From Histomonas meleagridis 2922-C6/04-290x (lineage: Eukaryota; Protista; Parabasalia), in the NCBI GenBank assembly GCA_020184695.1, contig JAANOX010000256.1, positions 62,001-126,000 on the forward strand: a stretch of 64,000 nucleotides of DNA, written 5' to 3'. The notes beneath the pieces are model-generated. The model had not been told where the DNA came from. It saw only the letters and a list, made by a program, of their open reading frames with translations, and searched no databases. Position 1 is the stretch's first letter; every line of letters begins with the position of its first letter. The translations under genes were made by a program, and so were the position numbers. This document shows positions 12,124 through 22,075 of the stretch, piece after piece.

Positions 12124-14970
12124 ATGAACTTCAACAAATTTGATGAATTCGGTAATTATATTGGAGATGGAGAATCTGACTCTTCTGAAACAAGTGAAGA
12201 TGAAGACGAACAACAAGATTTCCATGGTCCAACAGAAAACTCCACAGAAATATCAGTTCTTCCAGAAGATAAAGAATTCTATGCAAATCCAAATGATGTT
12301 TATCCAAGCTACACCAAAGTAAAAAACGAAGATGAAGATAGACAAGATTACACTGAACCAATTATTCAACCCATTCATCATCGAGTTGTTGCATCTGATA
12401 TGAAAAAACGTCCATCAACAGTATATTCCACAGAATTTCTCATATCCCTTTTTGAAAGTGGACATCGTATTCGTAACGTTGCAGTTGTTGGATCAATTGG
12501 TCATGGAAAAACCGAATTAGTTGATTCACTTGTTCGTGAAACACACCCCAACATTATTGAGCAAGCAGTTACTAATCGTGATGTAACAAACCAAATTCTT
12601 GGTGAAGGTCGACGTATCGATCGACTTGGATGGACAGATCGACTTTTCCTTGAAAAGCGCCGTCGAATGTCGATCCTTACTGAAGTTATGTCCATGGTTG
12701 AAGAAGATCTTGAAGGCCGTCAGTATGCGCTTTCATTGATCGACACTCCGGGGCACCCCGATTTTCTTGATCAAGTCATTTGCGGCCTTTCCATCGCTGA
12801 TGGCGTGATCTTTTGTGTTGATTCCATTGAAGGTCTCACTAATGTTGGAAAGAGGCTTTTAAACCAAGTTATTGAGTTTAATTTACCAATGGTTTTAGTT
12901 ATTACCAAAATTGACAGACTAATTCTCGAAGTTAAACTTCCACCTGAAGAAGCCCACAAGAAGTTACGCCGTATTATTGAAGAAGTTAACACACATCTTA
13001 GTCAATGTCAATATCCATATCGATTATCACCCGAACTCTTTAATGTTGCCTTTACTAGTGCCCAATTTTCATTGTGTTTTACGTGTGAATCCATTGGCCT
13101 TATGTATAATCGCAACGTTTCCGTGAATTACAAATTTAGTGAAGATTTCCATCTTCGAATGAACACCAAAAAGACGGATGGCAAAGCATTTGGCGCACGT
13201 CTATGGGGCGATTATCGTGTAGATGGACGCCGTATCATCACCTCTACCTCCAAAGAATTACCACATCCATTTTTAATTTTTGTCCTCGAGCCATTATACA
13301 AAGTTTTCACGCATGTCCTATCATATGAACCCAAAGAATTCAGTCGTTTATTACATGTTCCATTAACCACAAGTGAAGAAAAACTTAACACTGCTCCATT
13401 ATTACAAATTGTATTATCGCGAATCTTTGGTACTTTTGCATCACTTGTTCAAATCATTGGCGAAAACATTCCAAGTCCATGTGACAAGACATTACCCGAG
13501 AGCAAATCTAATATTGTTGCGTTTGCTCCCAAATTTGTTCCATCGACAAATGGCGAAAATATATATGCGATTGTTCGAGTGTTTCGAGGCGAACTTAAAG
13601 AAGGCGATCAATTGTTTGCGATACCTGAATCATATCGCGAGACACAAGTTGATGATCCGACAGTAACAATTGGACCAATTGCTCTTCCACATGTTCGATA
13701 TGACACATTAATTCCTAAAGCAGTCCAAGGGATGATAGTTAAGATCCAATACACTAATCCGAAGTTGACTGAAATCTCCACACTTACAGATGTATTAGCG
13801 AACCCATTACCGCCATTGTTGTTACCATTACCACTTATGAAGATTGCTGTCGAAGAACTCGATCCGAATAAGCATAACGAAATGATCCAATCAATTAATT
13901 CGGCGATATTATGTTATCCCGGATTAAAAGTGAATATCTCGATTAATGATGAACATACATTATTAGGCACTGGCGAAATGTATTTAGATTGCGTAATGTA
14001 TGACATAAGAAATACATTCCAAAGTATCGAAGTTAAAGTGAGTGATCCTTTTGTCGTCTTTAATGAAACAGTCGAAAACAAAAGCCTTACGATATGTGAA
14101 GCTAAAATCGATGACAATAATTCATTCGGTATAATAGCTGAACCTTTAACTAACGCTACATTAAATGGGTTGGAAACAGGACATATTAATAGTGCAAAAG
14201 ATTTATCGAAAGCATTGCAATCATTGGGTTGGGATCAATTGGAAGCTGATAATGTGTTATGTTTCGGACCAAACCCTATAATGGGCCCGAATATTCTTGT
14301 GGATGATTTTGGGAATTTAGCAAACTTTTCGAACATGATTAAGATGACAATACAAAGAAGTTTCGTATGGGCTACACAACAAGGACCTCTCTGTGACGAA
14401 ATGATGCGTGGAGTTAAAATTAGAATTGCTGACGTGAATATTAATGATGAAAAAAGTTTAATCCCAGTAAAAATTATTCCAGCTGTCAGAAAGGCAATCT
14501 TCGCTTCTTTCATGGCAGCAAAGCCAAGATTGATGGAGCCCGTTAATTACGTGGAAATTATTACTCCACCTGTATGTATATCATTCATTAAGACTTTAAT
14601 AGAAAAAAGAAGAGGAAAAGTGCTAAAGGACGATGTCCCAATCCAGGGTACCCCGCTGGCGGTTTTGACATGTGAAATCCCTTTGGTGGACTCGTTCGGT
14701 TTCGAAGTGGACGTAAGATCAAAAACAAAGGGACAGGCATTCGCTTTGCAATTCTTTAATAGATGGAATTTGGTGCCCGGTGACCCATTAAATACAGAAA
14801 TTCAATTAAGACCTTTGGAGCCTTCACCTGATTTCGCCCTTTCTTATGAATTCGTCTTGAAGACAAGGAGAAGAAAGGGATTGTCAGAAGAAGTTGATAT
14901 GTCCAAATTCTTTGATGACGAATTACTTATTGAAATTGCACAGTTGACGCGTTCCGAAGAGGATAATTGA
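12124..14970 (+). CDS. SNU114: U5 snRNP GTPase Snu114/EFTUD2
   Basis: N-terminal FDEFGNYIG acidic domain, GHGKT, DTPGHPDF, EF2-like domains, KTRRRKGLSEEV end. Confidence 0.95.
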   Translation: MNFNKFDEFGNYIGDGESDSSETSEDEDEQQDFHGPTENSTEISVLPEDKEFYANPNDVYPSYTKVKNEDEDRQDYTEPIIQPIHHRVVASDMKKRPSTVYSTEFLISLFESGHRIRNVAVVGSIGHGKTELVDSLVRETHPNIIEQAVTNRDVTNQILGEGRRIDRLGWTDRLFLEKRRRMSILTEVMSMVEEDLEGRQYALSLIDTPGHPDFLDQVICGLSIADGVIFCVDSIEGLTNVGKRLLNQVIEFNLPMVLVITKIDRLILEVKLPPEEAHKKLRRIIEEVNTHLSQCQYPYRLSPELFNVAFTSAQFSLCFTCESIGLMYNRNVSVNYKFSEDFHLRMNTKKTDGKAFGARLWGDYRVDGRRIITSTSKELPHPFLIFVLEPLYKVFTHVLSYEPKEFSRLLHVPLTTSEEKLNTAPLLQIVLSRIFGTFASLVQIIGENIPSPCDKTLPESKSNIVAFAPKFVPSTNGENIYAIVRVFRGELKEGDQLFAIPESYRETQVDDPTVTIGPIALPHVRYDTLIPKAVQGMIVKIQYTNPKLTEISTLTDVLANPLPPLLLPLPLMKIAVEELDPNKHNEMIQSINSAILCYPGLKVNISINDEHTLLGTGEMYLDCVMYDIRNTFQSIEVKVSDPFVVFNETVENKSLTICEAKIDDNNSFGIIAEPLTNATLNGLETGHINSAKDLSKALQSLGWDQLEADNVLCFGPNPIMGPNILVDDFGNLANFSNMIKMTIQRSFVWATQQGPLCDEMMRGVKIRIADVNINDEKSLIPVKIIPAVRKAIFASFMAAKPRLMEPVNYVEIITPPVCISFIKTLIEKRRGKVLKDDVPIQGTPLAVLTCEIPLVDSFGFEVDVRSKTKGQAFALQFFNRWNLVPGDPLNTEIQLRPLEPSPDFALSYEFVLKTRRRKGLSEEVDMSKFFDDELLIEIAQLTRSEEDN

Positions 14971-15207
14971 TTGAGTAAATTAGAATATTTTTTTAAATAA
15001 AACGAGAATAAATTCTTTAATAAACTGTTGTGAAAAACCTGTCTACAGGAATTAATTACAAAATCAAAAAAAAAACACTACTAAAGGTGTTCTCTATTAA
15101 TAATGCTACAGTGTAGGCGTGGGTTATATAATAGGTGTCGGTCAACAGGGTTTTCATTGCAGTCTATACAAAATGTTTCAACATCAATTAAAAAAAAACA
15201 AAAAAAT

Positions 15208-15280
15208 GGGCCCCGGCAGGGGTCGAACCCGCAATCTTATCCTTAGGAGGGACACGCCTTATCCATTGGGCCACGAGGCC
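15208..15280 (-). tRNA. tRNA-Arg(CCT)
   Basis: Cloverleaf: acceptor GGCCTCG/CGGGGCC, D-loop TGGATA, anticodon loop CTCCTAA, T-arm GCGGG-TTCGACC-CCTGC. Confidence 0.95.
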
Positions 15281-15625
15281 ATTCAAAAACCAAAATTTTG
15301 ATAATCAATTTAATAATGAAAACAAATTAACCCATTTTTCATAAAATATAAAATTAATAAAAACGAATAATTTTTCATTAAAAGAATTCATTTGTAAGAA
15401 TTGTTATTCATTATTCATGTAAACGTATAATAAAGTATAATTATTTTATTGCTTCCTTGAAGGAATCTTTGCTTTCGTTTCACAAAATCTTCTCTTTGAA
15501 TTTTCAATTGAAATGTATTTTGATACACTTCCAAGCAAATTTTTCTGGGGCACACCTCACCTGTATCAAAAGCTGTTCGATGATCCATTTTTCTTTGAAA
15601 TGCTCCTGAATTTTTGAAAGAATGC

Positions 15626-17182
15626 ATGGGCTTTCGTTTTGAAATTCAATCTGATTTTCTCAGCCATATTCGACCTATTCAAAAATTGAATGGCACCAGC
15701 CAATCCAAAGTTTTGCTCATGATGTGCAATTGCACATGTAATTTGGATTCCTTCACATCTCTGAGGAACCTTGATGCTGATCTAACGAACTATGAAGAAA
15801 GGTGGTGTAAAGAGAGAACCGAAAGAACAAACAAATTGCGCAAACTCTTTTTCCCCAACCAAGTTCACATTATCAATCATAGTTCATCACTCGGTACCCT
15901 TACAAAAGAACTTGAACAATTTGAAAAGCAACGGATTGACACACAAAATGCAATCAACATATTAAGTTCACATGATTCAAACGCAATTGATAATTTGGCT
16001 AAGTCATTGATTACTCTTTCATCTCAAAAGCCATGCCCACTTTGTCAAATCCTTAAAAATGAAGAGTTTTTACATGCATTATCAAATTCCCTTACATACG
16101 ATTTTCTCTCTGCTGATGACCTTTCTTTGCTTATTGGTGCACTTGCTTCTATCTTTCCGTTCTGTGGAAACCTTCAAGAAGATATCATCAATGATGGAAT
16201 TTGCATTTATTTGTCAAACTTCATAGAATCCGATAATGTCAAAATTCTTGAATCTTGTCTTTATCTTATCCGTTCCATCAGTTCCTCATCCAACTATGCT
16301 CGCGATGCCATTCTTTGCATGGGATTATATTCACAGTTAATCTCCATAGCCAAACGTCAAATTAGCGAGCCCATGACCATTGCAGCATGTGAGTGTCTTC
16401 GTATCATCTTTTCCTTTGATGACGATGCCGATTCCCAAATTCTGACATCATGCATTTCACCCATTATTGAGCTTCTCCAGATCCCATTAAAGCCAGCCAT
16501 CATCCAAGTGATTGAATGTTTAGTTGAAATCACCAACAAAGTCCCCTCATTAGTATTTGTATTTTTTGATCTTGGCATTGTCGGGAATATTATCTCACTT
16601 CTAGATGACCCAGACATTCAAGGACCCGCTCTCAAGCTTGCTGGTAACATGAGTGTATCACAGCCACAACAAATCAAAGAAATGTTATCATACGGATTAC
16701 TCGATAAATTATCGAAGTTATTCCATACGAAATATGTCTCCGATACGTTATGGATAATTTCAAATTTATTAGAATCTGTACCTGATTCGATAGCGCCAAT
16801 TTTTAATAGTAATTTTGTCCAACAATTAATTGGACTATCAAATGATTGTACATTTGAAATCAAAAAAGAAATTTCATTTCTTTTAGCGACGTTAATAGTT
16901 TTTTCATCAGATGAAATTACATTTAAAATGATAACACCAGAAGTTGTCGGAATTCTCGTCGAAATGCTCGGCTGTGGTTGCATTAATATAACAATGAGAT
17001 GTTTAGACGCAATTGTTGACTTCATTCGGGTTATTATATCCGTCCAAAAGTTCGATTTGTTTGATGTTTTCATTGAAGAAGGTCTCCGAGATAGATTGGA
17101 AGATTTAGAGGATACATCAAATGAAAATATTGCGGAAAGAGCAAATTATATTACTTCACAATTAAATAACTATTCTAATTAA
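15626..17182 (+). CDS. Armadillo-repeat protein, importin-alpha-like
   Basis: Helical ARM repeats (ALKLAGNM, TLWIISNL, IKKEISFLLATL); first ATG at 15626. Confidence 0.7.
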   Translation: MGFRFEIQSDFLSHIRPIQKLNGTSQSKVLLMMCNCTCNLDSFTSLRNLDADLTNYEERWCKERTERTNKLRKLFFPNQVHIINHSSSLGTLTKELEQFEKQRIDTQNAINILSSHDSNAIDNLAKSLITLSSQKPCPLCQILKNEEFLHALSNSLTYDFLSADDLSLLIGALASIFPFCGNLQEDIINDGICIYLSNFIESDNVKILESCLYLIRSISSSSNYARDAILCMGLYSQLISIAKRQISEPMTIAACECLRIIFSFDDDADSQILTSCISPIIELLQIPLKPAIIQVIECLVEITNKVPSLVFVFFDLGIVGNIISLLDDPDIQGPALKLAGNMSVSQPQQIKEMLSYGLLDKLSKLFHTKYVSDTLWIISNLLESVPDSIAPIFNSNFVQQLIGLSNDCTFEIKKEISFLLATLIVFSSDEITFKMITPEVVGILVEMLGCGCINITMRCLDAIVDFIRVIISVQKFDLFDVFIEEGLRDRLEDLEDTSNENIAERANYITSQLNNYSN

Positions 17183-17369
17183 ACATATTAAATAAATAAT
17201 TGATATGTAAATCCATATTTAAATAGTAAAAGCGAATTGTGGTAAAACAAATCTTTCGATTATAGAGCTATTGATACTTTAGATTAGTTTTATGGTTAAT
17301 CATAAGTTACACGGCAATATACATTCTCCTCGTTTCATCAGTGTTGCAAAAACCGCAAAAGAAAAATTA

Positions 17370-17458
17370 CAGTGCCGGACACGAAAATCTGTCCATCGTC
17401 CCGAAGTTTCTGTCCACTTCAATTAGGAAATAAAAACAGATTTTCGTGCCCGGTACTG
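17370..17458. mobile_element. Tiny Tc1/mariner-type MITE or deletion relic (89 bp)
   Basis: TA|CAGTGCCGGACACGAAAATCTGT ... ACAGATTTTCGTGCCCGGTACTG|TA: ~23-bp TIRs with 2 mismatches, flanked by TA. Confidence 0.7.
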
Positions 17459-18175
17459 TAAATTGGAGGTTAAATATTTCGATCGTTTTTTATGTGTTTT
17501 TAACCAAAAAGTAATTTTACCATATAACTTCCACGATACAAAGGAAGTTCGATCAGTTAAAAACAATTTAATATAATTTTGTTCTCTATTCTCTACTCTT
17601 AATTTTTTTCTATGTACTTCATTCTTTCATTAAAATAAATTTTTTTGTCTTATTATTAAATTTTATTTCATTTTTAGATTGGATATTTCGAATATTCCCT
17701 AAAAATCACTCCCCTTGAACTTTATAAGAATATAAATCAAAAGTATATGATTATTTTATTCTGATGACTTTATTCTCATTGTAAATATATGTACAATGAT
17801 TTTCATGTTAATTGATATATAAATACTTTTGAGTTAATAACAAGATAATAATAATAAACATTATTTTTAATCAATGCATACATAGTCTTTATATTTCTTC
17901 CTACATTATTTATTATATCTCTCACATAAATTAGATACATTATAAATAGATATAATTTCAATGTGTCATAAGTTAATAATATTATTTTAATAATTATTGT
18001 TCTTTCTAAGTTAATAAAAATAAACATGTGAATAACGTCATCAATTAAAATTAATTAGATGGCAGCGACACTTTTTAAACTTCGCTCAAAAAGTGGTATT
18101 ACTTGTTTATATCAAAATTCAAACACACTTTATCAAATAAATGTTTAACACAAGGAACCGTAGATTATTTTTTCA

Positions 18176-21100
18176 AATGAATCAAAATCAAACAGCAACA
18201 ACAAATCAGAAATCACAAAACGAATGGGAAACATTAACAGCGCTCGAAAACATAATCTTTGGTTTGAATATAGATAATTTTGCTCAATCATCAAATTTTA
18301 TTATCAGCAAGTCTTTGTAAAGAATATCCAATATCTTATAATATCATTATATTCCGAATGATATATAAATCTCTTTTGATTAATAGTAATAATTTTGATA
18401 TATATTTGAGATTGTTACAAGAAATTGAAAAGTATGAAGAAAATAATAAAATCAACTCAAAAATAATAAATTTATTTTCTCAATTTCTACTTAAAGAAAA
18501 CACACAAGAATCATTTCATTTACTTAATTACATGATTAAGTATAATTTACTTGAATCAAAAATCATCCAAAATATACACAAACTATTTTTTGTTCATATT
18601 AATCAAGATAAATTTGATAAATATAAATATTTATTTGATCAAGAAAATATTTCTTATGAAGAACTTTCGAAGAATAATTTTGCACTTCATAAGCAATTAA
18701 TTAAAGAAGGAGTTAATCCAAATGAAATTGCGAAAATAATTCGAAATGATGAAATAGAAAAACTTCAAGAAATATCATCACAAAATGATTTCGATTTTAA
18801 TCAAACAATTTAACCATCACTTTATGAAAGATGTTCATTTATTAATCAAAGAAATGTTACATTAATTGATTATGCAGCATTTTTTTCTTCTATAAAATGT
18901 TTTAAATATTTACTTATGAATGGTGCAAGTGTAGAAAATACAGGTAAATACGCTGTTGCAGGTGGAAATGAAGAAATTATTCATTTATGTGAACAAAATC
19001 ATTCATCATTTGAAGATGCATTTGAAACAGCAATTCAATTTCATCGAAATAACATTTTTCATTATCTTTATGAAAATAAAATTGAAGATATTAATAATTT
19101 AAAAGAATTAGGAGAAATATGTGTTTCATATTTTAATTATGAAGTTTTTACATATTTAGAAAAAGAAGGAATGAAAACTAATGAAAATATCATTAATGAA
19201 GCAAAAATTGGAAATGTTTTTCTTGTAAAATATTTTCAAAAAAATAATCAACTTCCAGAAAATATTTTGGCTTTTGCTTCATTTTCAGGAAATAGTGAAC
19301 TTGTTACATACATTTTAAAGCAAGAAGGAATTGATATTAATGCTAAAGGTATTTCTTTGTTTAATTTAGTTTTTATTTTAATAATTTAATATTTCAAAAT
19401 AATATTTGAAAATTATTTATATTATTTCAAACAGCACTTATATATGCATTTTATGAAGGTCATACAGAAATAGTTAAATTACTTCTTGAACAAGAAGGAA
19501 TTGATATCAATGCTAAAAATATTTATTTGTTTTATTTAAAATTTATTTTAATAATTTTATATTTCAAAATAATATTTGGAAATTATTTAAAATATTATGG
19601 ACAGCACTTATATATGCATCTTCAAAAGGTCATACAGAAACAGTTAAATTACTTCTTGAACAAGAAGGAATTGATATTAATGCTAAAAATATTTATTTTT
19701 TTTAATTAGAATTTATTTTAATAATTTATTATTTCAAAATAATATTTGGAAATTATTTAAATTATTTTGGACAGCACTTATATATGCATCTTATGAAGGT
19801 CATATAGAAATAGTTAAATTACTTCTTGAACAAGAAGGAATTGATATCAATGCTAAAAATATTTATTTGTTTTATTTAAAATTTATTTTAATAATTTTAT
19901 ATTTCAAAATAATATTTGGAAATTATTTAAATTATTTGAAACAGCACTTATATATGCATCTTTGAATGGTTGTACAGAAATAGTTAAATTACTTCTTGAA
20001 CAAGAAGGAATTGATATCAATGCTAAAAATATTTATTTGTTTTATTTAAAATTTATTTTAATAATTTTATATTTCAAAATAATATTTGGAAATTATTTAA
20101 ATTATTTGAAACAGCACTTATTTGGGCATCTTGGAAAGGTCATACAGAAATAGTTAAATTACTTCTTGAACAAGAAGGAATTGATATAAATGCTAAAGAT
20201 ATTTATTTGTTTTATATAGTTTTTATTTAAATAATTTATTATTTCAAAATAATATTTGGAAATTATTTAAATTATTTTGGACAGCACTTATATATGCATC
20301 TTCAAAAGGTCATACAGAAACAGTTAAATTACTTCTTGAACAAGAAGGAATTGATATTAATGCTAAAAATATTTATTTTTTTTAATTAGAATTTATTTTA
20401 ATAATTTATTATTTCAAAATAATATTTGGAAATTATTTAAATTATTTTGGACAGCACTTATATATGCATCTTATGAAGGTCATATAGAAATAGTTAAATT
20501 ACTTCTTGAACAAGAAGGAATTGATATCAATGCTAAAAATATTTATTTGTTTTATTTAAAATTTATTTTAATAATTTTATATTTCAAAATAATATTTGGA
20601 AATTATTTAAATTATTTGAAACAGCACTTATATATGCATCTTTGAATGGTTGTACAGAAATAGTTAAATTACTTCTTGAACAAGAAGGAATTGATATCAA
20701 TGCTAAAAATATTTATTTGTTTTATTTAAAATTTATTTTAATAATTTTATATTTCAAAATAATATTTGGAAATTATTTAAATTATTTGAAACAGCACTTA
20801 TTTTAGCATCTTCAAAAGGTCATACAGAAATAGTTGAATTACTTCTTGAACAAGAAGGAATTGATATAAATGCTAAAGATATTTATTTGTTTTATTTAAA
20901 ATTTATTTTAATAATTTTATATTTCAAAATAATATTTGGAAATTATTTAAATTATTTAATACGGCACTTATTTGGGCATCTTGGAAAGGTCATACAGAAA
21001 TAGTTGAATTACTTCTTGAACAAGAAGGAATTGATATTAATGCTAAAGCTATTTATTTGTTTTATTTGATATTTATTTTAATAATTTCATATTTCAAAAT

Positions 21101-21378
21101 AATATTTGGAAATTATTCAAAATATTTGAAACAGCACTTATTTGGGCATCTAGAAATGGTTGTACAGAAATAGTTAAATTACTTCTTGAACAAGAAGGAA
21201 TTGATATCAATGCTAAAAATATTTATTTGTTTTATTTGATATTTATATTAATAATTTAATATTTCAAAATAATATTTGGAAATTATTTATATTATTTAAT
21301 ACAGCACTTGCATATGCAAATAGGAGAGGTCACAATGAAATCGTTAAATTACTTTTAGAATGGGGAAAAAATATGTAA
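18176..21378 (+). pseudogene. DUF3447/ankyrin gene, locus 2, with 12 punctuated ankyrin modules
   Basis: Frameshift near 18315 and TAA at 18811 in the N-terminal part; DUF3447-type core 18916-19347; 12 modules TALxxASxxGHTEIVKLLLEQEGIDINAK; final module ends WGKNM*. Confidence 0.85.
19348..21378 (+). repeat. Tandem array of 170-nt units (87-nt ankyrin module + 83-nt AT-rich spacer)
   Basis: The ACAGCACTT (once ACGGCACTT) start recurs exactly every 170 nt from 19431 to 21301. Confidence 0.97.
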
Positions 21379-21523
21379 CTTTTTCCTAATTTGTTACATT
21401 ATTTCCTAATTTTTCATAAAGACTTTAAGTCCTTAATAATTTTTTTTCATAAGTTTTTCGATATAATTGAAGTCAGCCAATGTCACGATTGTCAATTTTC
21501 ATTCTTAAGCCCAATCAAGAAAT

Positions 21524-21919
21524 TTCCCTGACATAGAAAATTTGCAAATCCGGATTTCTTATGAAGGATTTTACCCAACAATATGCAACGTGGCAACAGG
21601 CAGACCAATTGATTCAATAACTGGATTTGGATAGACAAAAGAACCAATTAATGCCGAAGGGTATAGTCCTGATGAAGCACGAGAAATTGGAAGAGACTAT
21701 GTGCATTTTGGCGAGGAATATTTATCTTCAACAGTAACAGTTCAAATAACAGAGAAAAACAGTGGAAAAGTAATTTCGACAGTAAATGGAGTTATATTAC
21801 CTCAACAGGTACTAAATACAGCTTCAGTATTAACTGGAGCATTTTTAACTGGAGCGGGACTGAGTGCTTCAGAATTAGGAGAAGATATTTTGTTAATAAT
21901 TATTAAAAAATGGTTTTAA
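21524..21919 (+). pseudogene. Diverged partial paralog of the 3' part of the 22076 gene
   Basis: PDIENLQIRISYEGFYPT...VATGRPID.. aligns with PEIENLQIRISYEGFFPT...VATGKPFD; internal TAG and degenerate end. Confidence 0.8.
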
Positions 21920-22075
21920 TACAATATTATAATATATTATCATATAAAATGAAAGAAATATTAATTTGAAAAAAATTTTTTAAAGGCGAAACTCTTTCAT
22001 ATGAGAGTAATCAAACGATAGCAGTTCTGAAATTAACGGTTCCATATCATTCCAGAAAATTTAAAACCGTTTTGA

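Noticed and set aside
12124-14970. Functional link between SNU114 and the punctuated ankyrin arrays
   Set aside because: Proximity alone is uninformative in a eukaryotic genome.
19349-19434. Canonical 86-nt GT...AG intron in the first spacer as a general model
   Set aside because: The other spacers have AT or CT at that donor position, one acceptor is ACGG, and splicing there would delete the conserved D/N...x-T residues, giving 28-aa repeats.
19348-21378. 170-nt array as a CRISPR-like array
   Set aside because: Eukaryotic context, no cas genes, and the conserved part encodes ankyrin modules rather than repeats flanking unique spacers.
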